The notes below the pieces were generated by a model, which did no database searches, was not told the DNA's origin, and was given only the letters and a program-made list of their open reading frames with translations. The position numbers and the translations under genes are program-made. From NCBI GenBank assembly GCA_018658715.1, contig JABHUQ010000006.1:12904-76903 (forward strand): 64,000 nucleotides of DNA, given 5' to 3'. Within the stretch, counting starts at the first letter, position 1; the number at the start of each line of letters is the position of its first letter. Origin of the DNA: Fidelibacterota bacterium. GTDB lineage: Bacteria > Fidelibacterota > Marinisomatia > Marinisomatales > UBA1611. Shown here piece after piece: positions 29,418-38,594 of the stretch.

Positions 29418-30662
29418 GTGGGCCAATCTCTCTTTACAAATGATGCTGTTGTTCTTGGAATTCTGATTGGTATCTTAGCTTTTGTTTTTACTACATCTAA
29501 AAGTAATCACTCGTTTTGGAAAAAGTTTTATACTTTTGTACCAACTTTACTTCTTTGTTACTTTATTCCATCTCTATTCAATTCATTAGGAATTTTTTCT
29601 GGTGAGCATTCAAATCTCTACTTTGTAGCATCGAGATATTTGCTCCCAACTAGTCTGGTTTTGCTTACAATTAGCGTTGATTTACCAAGTATCTTGAAGT
29701 TGGGTCCTAAAGCATTAATAATGTTTTTCACTGGAACTGTGGGTATTATTATTGGAGGGCCATTAGCCATATATATTATTTCATTTTTTGCTCCTGGTAT
29801 TGTTGGCGGCATTGGACCCGAAGCTGTTTGGCGAGGCTTAACTACCGTTGCTGGAAGTTGGATCGGTGGTAGTGCAAATCAAGCAGCTATGAAGGAAGTT
29901 TTTGAAGTGGGTGACCATTTATTTTCGGCAATGATTGCTGTTGATGTTATTATAGCTAATATTTGGATGGCTTTTTTACTCTATGGGGCCGGTATTCAAC
30001 TAAAAATAGATCGTTGGCTTCAAGCAGATACAACAGCTCTTGTTGATTTAAAAGAAAAGATAGACGTGTATCGCGCGCAAATAATTCGAATGCCTGACTT
30101 GACTGACACAATGAAGATAATGAGCGTTGGATTTGGTGTAACTGCGCTTGCTCATATTGGATCAGACATAATAGCGCCCTGGATTTCAACATTTGCTCCT
30201 GAATTAGAAAAATTCAGCCTCACATCTGGTTTCTTTTGGTTAATTGTGTTGGCTACAACAATTGCCCTTGGTTTATCATTTACAAAAGTTCGCAATTTAG
30301 AAGGCGTTGGCGCATCTAGATATGGAAGTTTATTTTTATATATTTTAGTTGCGACTATTGGAATGAAAATGGATTTATTAGCTATTTTTGACCATCCCGG
30401 GTTGTTCTTGGTAGGGTTTATTTGGATGGTGATTCATGCTTTATTGCTCATTGGAGTTGCTAAATGGATTAAAGCACCCTTCTTTTTTATGGCTGTTGGA
30501 AGTCAAGCCAATGTAGGGGGTGCCGCATCAGCGCCCATTGTTGCATCTGCATTTTATCCATCTTTAGCGCCTGTTGGTGTTTTGTTGGCAGTATTAGGTT
30601 ATGCGGTTGGTACTTATGGTGCTTGGTTGTGCGGTATCATTATGCAAATTGCTGCGAATTAA
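29418..30662 (+). CDS. Polytopic membrane protein, DUF819-like
   Basis: About 12 hydrophobic segments. The track ORF begins at 29373 inside the previous gene. A GTG at 29418, 2 nt after the upstream stop, is a likelier start. Confidence 0.5.
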   Translation: MGQSLFTNDAVVLGILIGILAFVFTTSKSNHSFWKKFYTFVPTLLLCYFIPSLFNSLGIFSGEHSNLYFVASRYLLPTSLVLLTISVDLPSILKLGPKALIMFFTGTVGIIIGGPLAIYIISFFAPGIVGGIGPEAVWRGLTTVAGSWIGGSANQAAMKEVFEVGDHLFSAMIAVDVIIANIWMAFLLYGAGIQLKIDRWLQADTTALVDLKEKIDVYRAQIIRMPDLTDTMKIMSVGFGVTALAHIGSDIIAPWISTFAPELEKFSLTSGFFWLIVLATTIALGLSFTKVRNLEGVGASRYGSLFLYILVATIGMKMDLLAIFDHPGLFLVGFIWMVIHALLLIGVAKWIKAPFFFMAVGSQANVGGAASAPIVASAFYPSLAPVGVLLAVLGYAVGTYGAWLCGIIMQIAAN

Positions 30663-30682
30663 TCATTTATTTATCCTTAACC

Positions 30683-31156
30683 TTATTCACTTAGCAGGCT
30701 GAATCCCTTTTGTACATATTTTGGAAAAGTGTTTTGATTTTTTAATTTAGTTATGACATGACGACTATATTGTTCCACACTATCACATAGAGTTTCAAAA
30801 TTTAAATCTACCCAAGCAGAAGGCTTAGTTTGGCTTGATGGGTCTGCCCAAGTATCAGAGTAATGAAAATCTAGGAACAAATCCAACCCTACGCTACTTG
30901 ATCTATCTGCTATTTCAAGAACACTTTCTAAATTATTATAGTTCAGCGATGGTGTGTGCCAAATTTTAATTCGGGCAGTATTAATACCTTTATCCTTGAA
31001 TATTTGAATTGGGTCAATTTGATTTCCATTTTCATAAAAAAGTCCTCCATTTTCTTCTACCTGCTTTAGCATAGATATATCAACCCCATTGATAAATTGA
31101 TTACTTTTAGTAAATGATGACAAAATAAGAAATCCGATAAGAATATATCTTTTCAT
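30683..31156 (-). pseudogene. Truncated glycoside hydrolase family 53 (endo-beta-1,4-galactanase) remnant, N-terminal ~40% only
   Basis: Signal peptide plus GVDISMLKQVEENGG...GINTARIKIWH...LDLFLDFHYSDTWADPSSQTKPSAW matches the GH53 N-terminal half. The ORF stops where the VQ-GNE acid/base motif should be (YVQKGFSLLSE*). Only 20 nt remain before the convergent neighbour. Confidence 0.6.
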
Positions 31157-31177
31157 CTACAAATCTAACCATCATCC
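31142..31177 (-). repeat. Copy A of a shared 36-nt translation-initiation region (pairs with 31893-31928)
   Basis: 30/36 nt identical to 31893-31928. It spans the 5' leader, the ATG and the first codons (MKRYI vs MRRYI). Confidence 0.6.
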
Positions 31178-31183
31178 CACAAA

Positions 31184-31206
31184 CAAAAAACCCCACGAAT
31201 GTGGGG
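31184..31206 (-). terminator. Rho-independent terminator after the 31224..31907 gene
   Basis: On the minus strand: CCCCAC-ATTC-GTGGGG followed by TTTTTTG. Confidence 0.5.
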
Positions 31207-31223
31207 CGAACCAAATAATTACA

Positions 31224-31907
31224 CTATGGTCCGAAGGAAAAGTCACCACTAAGGCTAAAGGTTGCTAAGAAAAAACAATATCCCGCCGCAGCTGTAAGAC
31301 CTAGTAATCCAAAACCCTTAACAATGTTTTTTGATTTTCTCTTTTTAAATTCTTCAGAATAAATCCTTTTGTATCTTTGAATATCTTCAGGGCTTATCTC
31401 TACATCTTGGTTTTTGTCTAAATATTTAAAACCATAATATGGAACAACTAAACCAAAAACACTTATAATCGAAGCTGTAATACTTTCTAACGGGTGATGT
31501 CCAGTAACTACAAAATAACTGCCCGATGAAGCAGCTAAGGTCAAAACTGTTGTTGGGGGATAAAATAACCATTTTTTCGCATCCCCTGCTGCATCATATA
31601 TTGCTTTTTCTTTAGTACTTAATTTTTGATATTCTTCAAGAGAATTTTTTTGATATTCTTCATAAGTTAAAATATCTTTTCCATCTAGAATGATAAATTG
31701 ACCATCTTTTAATTGTAGTGTTTGGATTAGTTTAACAGGAACTGGTTGGAACCCGAATGCATCCTGATGTTTAAAATATACTATCTTTTCTTCAATTTTT
31801 GAATATTCGCCAAAGTATGTAGTACCATCTTTCAAAACTAATGTATCAAAATCAGTCTGTGCCCACACAATGCCTGTAATCAAAAGTAAAACAATATATC
31901 TACGCAT
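31224..31907 (-). CDS. Hypothetical membrane protein (signal peptide plus 3 C-terminal TM segments)
   Basis: The ORF track starts at the TTG at 31913. The ATG at 31907 (MRRYIVLLLITG...) is likelier. Confidence 0.4.
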   Translation of the reverse strand: MRRYIVLLLITGIVWAQTDFDTLVLKDGTTYFGEYSKIEEKIVYFKHQDAFGFQPVPVKLIQTLQLKDGQFIILDGKDILTYEEYQKNSLEEYQKLSTKEKAIYDAAGDAKKWLFYPPTTVLTLAASSGSYFVVTGHHPLESITASIISVFGLVVPYYGFKYLDKNQDVEISPEDIQRYKRIYSEEFKKRKSKNIVKGFGLLGLTAAAGYCFFLATFSLSGDFSFGP

Positions 31908-31928
31908 CTCCAAATCTACACATCATCC
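31893..31928 (-). repeat. Copy B of the shared 36-nt translation-initiation region
   Basis: See copy A. The minus-strand consensus is GGATGATGnnTAGATTTGnAGATGnnnAGATATATT. Confidence 0.6.
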
Positions 31929-32103
31929 TTTAAAAAAAATACTACAAGAATGATTGTCATCCTTTTTCTATCCACCTACCCCACCTTACTAACCCTCTAC
32001 CCTAACACTTTTTAGTTGAAACTGAATAGCCAGTGTATTACCAGTGAATTCAGTCCAATTCAGGCCTTTTTACCACCATTTAGACCAATCCTAGTCTAAT
32101 AGC

Positions 32104-32130
32104 AAAAAACCCCACATAAGTAGGGTTTTT
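32104..32130 (-). terminator. Hairpin plus T-run downstream of the tRNA-like fragment
   Basis: The minus strand reads AAAAACCCTAC-TTAT-GTGGGGTTTTTTG. The stem has one mismatch. The sequence resembles the 31184-31206 terminator. Confidence 0.4.
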
Positions 32131-32144
32131 CGACTGTAGAACTG

Positions 32145-32188
32145 CGGAGAGGGAGGGATTCGAACCCTCGAAGAGGCTATAAACCCCT
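32145..32188 (-). pseudogene. 3' fragment of a class II tRNA (Ser-like): variable arm, T-arm and 3' acceptor strand only
   Basis: The minus strand reads AAGGGGTTTATAGCCTCTT (variable hairpin) then C-GAGGG-TTCGAAT-CCCTC-CCTCTCC-G. No matching 5' acceptor strand (GGAGAGG), D-arm or anticodon arm can be placed upstream. That space is the 3' end of the CDS 32192..33040. Confidence 0.55.
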
Positions 32189-32191
32189 TAC

Positions 32192-33040
32192 TCACTTAGC
32201 AATTAGCCTACTCCTAATATAGTTTTTGGGATTTAGTATTGGAGACATAGCGCTTAAGTCTGCTTCTGGAACCACAAGCTGAGGCATAATAATTTGTTCA
32301 ACTTTTAATGAATTTACTTTTAACAAATGATATGTAGCGCTTATAAATAAATCTCTCGGGAAAATTCCTTTTATTTGGTCGAACCCATACTCGTTAAGCC
32401 CGTCACGAATAATGGTAGAACAACTACGTGTAAATATATTAAACCCAGAATATGCTTCCGGTTCTTTGGGCTTAGGTGGTGTTGATCGAATAACATCTAA
32501 TTGATGTTTGTAAATATTTCCCAATTTTTCTACATCAATTCCTTCTATGCGTAATACATGAATTGTGCGCATGAAATTTCGTCCAAATTTGTCATAATAT
32601 GGTGTGCCATCTTCCAAAATTTCGTATTTACCATTATTGGGTGATGGAGCAAATTCACCAAGGGCTGGGCGATAAAAAAATTCTTCTTCTGTTATAATTT
32701 CATTTTCATTCATTAAATGAGAAAAATTAAATATTTCCCCATTCACATTGATTGCACTATGCCCCAATGTGGATTTTATATATTTGACTAATCGTTGAGC
32801 ATAATATATTTCAACATATGGCTTGGTTGGCTTTGGTCTATCTGGCCATACAATTACAATGGGCAGACTTTTTTCATAATCATATTCTGGTAACAGGCGC
32901 GCAAAAACTGTTTGACCGTTCCAATGGTCTAAATATCCATTCCATAGTCTCTGGTTAGAAAAATATTTAACTCCATCCTCGCCCTCAATAAATGGGTGAC
33001 CATCGTTACGTCTAAGAATTCCTTTAATTGTTGTATTCAT
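32192..33040 (-). CDS. Hypothetical protein; a possible permuted papain-like (His...Cys) hydrolase fold is speculative
   Basis: 282-aa ORF with a 1-nt overlap with recO. Contains GHSAINVNGEIFNFSH and FNIFTRSCSTIIRDGL. Confidence 0.4.
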   Translation of the reverse strand: MNTTIKGILRRNDGHPFIEGEDGVKYFSNQRLWNGYLDHWNGQTVFARLLPEYDYEKSLPIVIVWPDRPKPTKPYVEIYYAQRLVKYIKSTLGHSAINVNGEIFNFSHLMNENEIITEEEFFYRPALGEFAPSPNNGKYEILEDGTPYYDKFGRNFMRTIHVLRIEGIDVEKLGNIYKHQLDVIRSTPPKPKEPEAYSGFNIFTRSCSTIIRDGLNEYGFDQIKGIFPRDLFISATYHLLKVNSLKVEQIIMPQLVVPEADLSAMSPILNPKNYIRSRLIAK

Positions 33041-33726
33041 TATAGTAATATTTGTTTTAATACATCTAAAGATTTTAATTGGCCTAATGTATCAAAATGA
33101 TAAAATAGATTTGCTCTAATATAATCAGAAATAACTTGATTGTCTTTTGGAAGAACTTCTATATCTTCAATAGAAGCAATTTCTTCTCTCATTAATAATT
33201 CTAAAATTGTTCTGCTTTTGGGTCCATCATTTGGGTCTGGCAACATGAGCCCCGGCAATTCGCGCTGATCTAAATCAGGCTGAAAACCTAAATGTGATAA
33301 TAAAGCTAATTCATAATACCAAAACAATGTATTTAGGTTGTTTTTTTCTTTATTAAAGGCACGAAAAACATCACATAATACTTTAAATAATCCTGAGTGT
33401 GGATCCTCATCAGATAACGTTTTGTCTGTCATTTCAATTATAGAGAGCGCAAATGAAATTCGTTTTAGATCGTTTTGAATATTTGGCCACGTTTCTATAA
33501 AACTTCTTTTTGAAATGATATGAAGATTTCTTGATTCTTTATAATTAAAAATGAGTTCAATGTGACTCATGGGCTGGAATAAGGCAGCACTTCCGGATTT
33601 TTTTGACCGAGCACCTTTTATAATGAAACTCATTTTCCCTTTTTCAAGAGTAAAGCAACGAGCAATTAAACTTGTATCACCATATGGAAAAGATTTTAAA
33701 ACAATGGCGGAAGTTTGAATAATCAT
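33040..33726 (-). CDS. recO: DNA repair protein RecO
   Basis: OB-fold N-terminus (AIVLKSFPYGDTSLIARCFT) with typical length and pattern. Confidence 0.8.
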   Translation of the reverse strand: MIIQTSAIVLKSFPYGDTSLIARCFTLEKGKMSFIIKGARSKKSGSAALFQPMSHIELIFNYKESRNLHIISKRSFIETWPNIQNDLKRISFALSIIEMTDKTLSDEDPHSGLFKVLCDVFRAFNKEKNNLNTLFWYYELALLSHLGFQPDLDQRELPGLMLPDPNDGPKSRTILELLMREEIASIEDIEVLPKDNQVISDYIRANLFYHFDTLGQLKSLDVLKQILL

Positions 33727-33757
33727 TGGAAAGATTTATTCATAAAACTGGTTATCG

Positions 33758-35224
33758 TTAATATGCTTTAGCGTAAATGACCTCGTGCAAGGCAGGCTTC
33801 CCAGAATAAATACAGGTTAAACCTTCAGGATTTTCATCTAATGGGATGCATCGTATGGTTGCTTTTGTTTCACCTTTAATAGCTACTTCAGTTTCATCGC
33901 TACCATCCCAACCGCACTTTACAAATCCGCCTTCTTTTATTTGTTTTTTAAAGGCGTCATAATTATCTACAGAATAAGTATTTTCATTTTGGAATTGTAA
34001 TGCTTGCGAAAAAAGTCCATCTTGAATTTCATCTAATAAGGGGGGAATAAATGAAATAGCTTCATCTAGTGATAGTACACTTTTTTCACCTGTGTCTCTT
34101 CTTGCTAAAACTGCCTTACCATTTTCAACATCTCTTGGCCCAACTTCTAACCGGAGCGGGACTCCTTTCATTTCCCATTCGTTAAATTTAAATCCTGGGG
34201 AACTATCTGTCCAGTCTTCATAAAAACGAACATTTTTTTCTGCTAAAGATTTACGAATAGGTTCCAAATAATTTTTTACTGCTGTTTGCTGTTCGTCATT
34301 TTTTGCGATAGGTATAATGACAACTTGTATGGGAGCAATTTTCGGAGGAAGTCGTAACCCTTTATCATCCCCATGTGTCAATATAACCGCACCGACTAAT
34401 CGGGTACTAACACCCCAACTTGTAGCATAAACTAATTCCTCTTTATTATCTTTTGTCTGAAATGTAACATTAAATGCTTTTGCAAAATTTTGACCTAAAT
34501 TATGAGATGTTCCTGCCTGTAATGCTCGTTTGTCTCCCATCATAGCTTCAATGCAGTATGTTTTATCCGCTCCCGCAAATTTTTCTGATTCCGTTTTAAT
34601 ACCTGTTATTACAGGCATCGCTAAATAGTCTTCAGCTAATTGCCGATATAATTCTAAAATATCTAAAGTTTCCTTCTGGGCTTCATCTGCTGTGGCGTGA
34701 GCTGTATGCCCTTCTTGCCATAAAAATTCAGATGTACGTAAAAATAATCGAGTACGCATTTCCCACCGAACAACATTTGCCCATTGGTTGATTAACAATG
34801 GCAAATCGCGATAAGATTGAATCCACTTTTTATACATAGACCAAATGACCGTTTCAGATGTAGGTCGAACAATAACTTCTTCATCAAGTTTTGATTCTGG
34901 ATCTACAACAACACCATGTTCTGGATCTGATTTTAGGCGCGTATGCGTTACCACAGCACATTCTTTAGCAAACCCTTCAACATGTTCTGCTTCTTGCGCT
35001 AAAAATGATTTTGGAATAAATAGAGGAAAATATGCATTTACATGCCCTGTCGCCTTTATCATTTTATCAAAAATATCTTTTATATTATCCCAAAGCTGAA
35101 ATCCGTATGGTTTAATAACCATTGTTCCTTTCACAGGACCATGCTCAGCAAGACCCGCTTTTGAAACAACTGCATTATACCAGGATGAAAATTCTGTATC
35201 TCTTGAAGGTAATCCTTTACTCAT
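33758..35224 (-). CDS. proS: Prolyl-tRNA synthetase, archaeal/eukaryote-like type (no bacterial editing insertion)
   Basis: 488 aa with class II motifs and the conserved C-terminal Tyr (…IYAKAY*). Confidence 0.9.
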   Translation of the reverse strand: MSKGLPSRDTEFSSWYNAVVSKAGLAEHGPVKGTMVIKPYGFQLWDNIKDIFDKMIKATGHVNAYFPLFIPKSFLAQEAEHVEGFAKECAVVTHTRLKSDPEHGVVVDPESKLDEEVIVRPTSETVIWSMYKKWIQSYRDLPLLINQWANVVRWEMRTRLFLRTSEFLWQEGHTAHATADEAQKETLDILELYRQLAEDYLAMPVITGIKTESEKFAGADKTYCIEAMMGDKRALQAGTSHNLGQNFAKAFNVTFQTKDNKEELVYATSWGVSTRLVGAVILTHGDDKGLRLPPKIAPIQVVIIPIAKNDEQQTAVKNYLEPIRKSLAEKNVRFYEDWTDSSPGFKFNEWEMKGVPLRLEVGPRDVENGKAVLARRDTGEKSVLSLDEAISFIPPLLDEIQDGLFSQALQFQNENTYSVDNYDAFKKQIKEGGFVKCGWDGSDETEVAIKGETKATIRCIPLDENPEGLTCIYSGKPALHEVIYAKAY

Positions 35225-35368
35225 TTGTTCTCTCTTTATGATTTATAGACTATAAAATTACCGGCGATCAACGGGATGACCAATCATTTTAACTTCAATG
35301 AAAATAATTAAAATTCATTTTAAAATTATTTCTTGAGAGTCCACTAATAAGCATTTATTTTCTCCCCC

Positions 35369-36994
35369 GTGTTCTTATTCAACCGCTTGATTCTCGCTTC
35401 ATTCTTAATCATAACAACCACAATATCAATGGGGAAAACAATCATAACAAATGGCCATTTTTATGGACTCCCAAACGTAACGTCGGTTTTATGTGAAAAT
35501 GGTCGCATTCTTTCTATCACCCCCGATATTTCCCGTACTTATAATAACACGATAGATTTAAAAGGTGGTTGGGCTTATCCCGGCTTTATTGATGGCCATA
35601 TGCATCTAACGGGGTTAGGGTGGTCTCTTGAAACATTAGACCTTGTTGGGACACATAGTAAAAAGTCTATTTTATCCATTATCGAAAAGGCAACTTTAAA
35701 AACACCTACTGGTCATTGGATTCAAGGTCGTGGGTGGGATCAAAATGATTGGCAAAATGCATCTTATCCTACGGCAAAAGATTTAGACAGTGTTTCATCA
35801 GAACATCCTGTTGTATTGAGGCGAATCGACGGTCATGCTCTTTGGGCAAATACACGTGCTATGGAAATTGCTGGCATATCAATTAAAACAATTGAACCCA
35901 AAGGTGGAAATATATTGTATGATGAGTTGAATAAACCGACAGGTGTATTTATAGATAATGCAATGACTTTGATTACTGACTATATCCCAAAATCCACAGA
36001 AAATGATAAGTATCGACAAATAACCAAAGCACAAACATTATTAAATTCCCTTGGGATTACATCTGTTCATGATGCTGGAACAGGTGTCAAAGATATCCGA
36101 GCAATTAAACAATTGATTAAGGAAAACAATCTTTCGGTTCGTGTTTTCGCAATGTTAAATGATACTCCGGAAGATTATGAACCATTCTTAGAAAAAGGAC
36201 CTATAACTCACACTCCATTTTTAACAGTTCGAACTTTAAAAGTATATATGGATGGCGCATTAGGTTCAAGGGGGGCGGCATTATTAGCGCCATATTCGGA
36301 TGATCAACATCAATCTGGATTACTTTTTATGAATAAAGATGAACTTGCGGCAATTGTCCAAACTTTCAATTCCGCTGGATTTCAGGTCAACACACACGGA
36401 ATTGGCGACAGAGCCATTCGAATCATATTAGATGCATATGAAGAATCAGGCATGAAAGAAATGCGTAATCGTATCGAACATGCTCAAATTGTTCATCCAA
36501 TTGATCTAAAACGGTTTAAAAAATTGGGTGTTATACCTGCGATGCAAGCAACGCATTGCACAAGTGATATGCCTTGGATAGGCGAACGATTAGGTGTTGA
36601 AAGATTAAGCCGAGCTTATCCGTGGCAATCTTTTGCTCAATTAGGAAATCCTATCCCCGGTGGTTCGGATGCTCCAGTTGAATTTCCTGACCCACTAGCT
36701 GGAATATATGCTGCAATTACTCGGCAAGATTCCTTAGGTTGGCCTGATGGGGGGTGGCAACAACAAGAACGACTTACTCTTAAACAGGCTGTTCAAATGT
36801 ATACTGAGTGGCCTGCCTATGCTTCCTTTGAAGAAAATAATAAAGGTAAAATTGATGTCGGTTATTATGCAGATTTTACTGTATTAGACCGACAGCTTTC
36901 TGATGAAAATCCGAAAATGATTTTAGACACTAAAGTAATTCAAACAATTGTAAATGGAAAAATTGTTTATCAATCTTATAATGAAACAAAATGA
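35369..36994 (+). CDS. Amidohydrolase-family metal-dependent hydrolase (secreted or periplasmic)
   Basis: PGFIDGHMHL metal-binding HxH motif, signal peptide, 541 aa. Confidence 0.75.
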   Translation: MFLFNRLILASFLIITTTISMGKTIITNGHFYGLPNVTSVLCENGRILSITPDISRTYNNTIDLKGGWAYPGFIDGHMHLTGLGWSLETLDLVGTHSKKSILSIIEKATLKTPTGHWIQGRGWDQNDWQNASYPTAKDLDSVSSEHPVVLRRIDGHALWANTRAMEIAGISIKTIEPKGGNILYDELNKPTGVFIDNAMTLITDYIPKSTENDKYRQITKAQTLLNSLGITSVHDAGTGVKDIRAIKQLIKENNLSVRVFAMLNDTPEDYEPFLEKGPITHTPFLTVRTLKVYMDGALGSRGAALLAPYSDDQHQSGLLFMNKDELAAIVQTFNSAGFQVNTHGIGDRAIRIILDAYEESGMKEMRNRIEHAQIVHPIDLKRFKKLGVIPAMQATHCTSDMPWIGERLGVERLSRAYPWQSFAQLGNPIPGGSDAPVEFPDPLAGIYAAITRQDSLGWPDGGWQQQERLTLKQAVQMYTEWPAYASFEENNKGKIDVGYYADFTVLDRQLSDENPKMILDTKVIQTIVNGKIVYQSYNETK

Positions 36995-37727
36995 CCAAAA
37001 AAGAATCCGTTCTTTAAGCCAAAAGAAATATCGGGAAAAGTATGGGCAATTTCAAATTGAAGGTTTACGCCTCGTAGAATCAGCTGTACTATCCCAATCT
37101 AAGAATATTGAATTATACTGGACTAAATTCTTTGAAGATCAACATCCAACATTTGTAAATACTGTAATGAAAAAAGGTGTTGCGGTAACACGTGTAACCG
37201 ATAATGATATTCAGTCCATTTCCCATACTCAAACACCATCTGGCGTTGTAGGTGTTTGCAAAAAGCCTGAATTATCCCAACCTGATTTATTATCAAAAAA
37301 TAATTGGATATACCTTGATAATATATCGGATCCTGGAAACCTTGGTGCAATTATTCGTACAGCAGTGTGGTTTAATGTTAATCATATTGCTCTTTCTCTA
37401 GGATGTGTAGACGCATACAATCCAAAAACTGTGCGAAGCGGTATGGGCGCACACTTTGATATAAATATTTATCCAAGCCAAAATTTAAAATTGTTCACTG
37501 CTGAAGGCTATAAGATAATAGGGGCAGATATGTCTGGAAATAATGTAAGGACAGCTAAAATCCCAAAACCATGGATATTGGTATTGGGAGGAGAAGCACA
37601 TGGACTACAACCTGAGGTTATTAGCCAATGTGACCAAATACTTTCAATTCCTAAATTGGGTAATGGAGAATCATTAAATATTGCTTCTGCATGCTCTATT
37701 ATTATATATGAATTATCAAAATCTTGA
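36981..37727 (+). CDS. SpoU/TrmH-family RNA 2'-O-methyltransferase
   Basis: LVLGGEAHGL and ESLNIASACSIIIYE motifs. The ATG at 36981 is preferred over the track start at 36954. Confidence 0.75.
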   Translation: MKQNDQKRIRSLSQKKYREKYGQFQIEGLRLVESAVLSQSKNIELYWTKFFEDQHPTFVNTVMKKGVAVTRVTDNDIQSISHTQTPSGVVGVCKKPELSQPDLLSKNNWIYLDNISDPGNLGAIIRTAVWFNVNHIALSLGCVDAYNPKTVRSGMGAHFDINIYPSQNLKLFTAEGYKIIGADMSGNNVRTAKIPKPWILVLGGEAHGLQPEVISQCDQILSIPKLGNGESLNIASACSIIIYELSKS

Positions 37728-37802
37728 TCATTCTTTCATCGTTTAGTTTTAACTGATTGCGACGTAAATTTTGGGACATGAAAAAAAAGGATTCAGACTC
37801 TT

Positions 37803-38594
37803 GTGAACCAATCTCTGACAGTACGCAGTGCCTTTGGCATTGTTTTTCTTTCGGTCCTAACTGCTTTCGTTCTAGGCGGTCTGGTCATGGGGATTGCTCT
37901 ATCTACTCCTAATTCTGATCAATCATTATTAACTTATATTTCATTTTTTATTGGGCAGGGATCAATGGTACTGCCTTTATTTTATTATTTAAAAACTCGA
38001 AAACAATCCTTCGTTTATAGTTTAAGATTAAATCCTGTATCTCCGCATATTATTATTCATTCCATTGTTCTGGCGATTGGGTTTAGTATTATAAGTGATG
38101 AGCTTGGCCGAATAATCAACATTATTGTTCCCACGCCGGATTATATTATAGATATTGATAATATTCTTATGCCAGATAACCTGTTTGGGTTTATTATGAT
38201 GGTAATTGTGTTAACAATTATTGCTCCCATTGGAGAAGAATTATTATTTAGAGGCTTTTTACAAAAATTTTTAGAAGATCATTGGAAAGATGTAACTCGG
38301 GCAGTTTTGGTTACGAGTTTATTTTTTGCCTTAATTCACTTGAATCCTTTTTGGGCAATCCAAATATATATTTTAGGAGTTGTTCTTGGGTATGTTGCTT
38401 GGCGTACACAATCTATTTACCCAAGTTTAGTTTTTCACGGAGTCATTAATGGAATGGCGCTACTAATTGGAGTTGGCCCTGAAACAGAACTTGCTTTTTA
38501 TATTTGGAATGAACATGTCGCTCTATGGGTTTTGGTTCCTGCTCTGTTTTTTGTTTACCTCGGGTTAAAGGGTATTAAGCGGAGTACATCATGA
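37803..38594 (+). CDS. CPBP (CAAX) family intramembrane glutamic protease
   Basis: EELLFRGFL, FALIHL and HGVINGM motifs. GTG start. Confidence 0.75.
   Translation: MNQSLTVRSAFGIVFLSVLTAFVLGGLVMGIALSTPNSDQSLLTYISFFIGQGSMVLPLFYYLKTRKQSFVYSLRLNPVSPHIIIHSIVLAIGFSIISDELGRIINIIVPTPDYIIDIDNILMPDNLFGFIMMVIVLTIIAPIGEELLFRGFLQKFLEDHWKDVTRAVLVTSLFFALIHLNPFWAIQIYILGVVLGYVAWRTQSIYPSLVFHGVINGMALLIGVGPETELAFYIWNEHVALWVLVPALFFVYLGLKGIKRSTS

Noticed and set aside
31960-32020. C-rich plus-strand stretch (G-rich on the minus strand: GGGTAGAGGGTTAGTAAGGTGGGGTAGGTGG) and a TATCCAC DnaA-box-like heptamer, considered as a G-quadruplex or replication-origin element.
   Set aside because: There are only three G3+ tracts, so no canonical four-tract G4. 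There is a single imperfect DnaA-like box, with no cluster, no AT-rich unwinding repeats and no dnaA/dnaN nearby.
32145-32260. A complete class II tRNA (Ser/Leu) on the minus strand.
   Set aside because: I tried to place the 5' acceptor strand (GGAGAGG), the D-arm and the anticodon arm upstream. The best candidates (GGAGTAG; a 17-nt segment with loop GCTAAGT) violate the acceptor pairing, the U33 rule and the required length. Only the 3' portion is tRNA-like.
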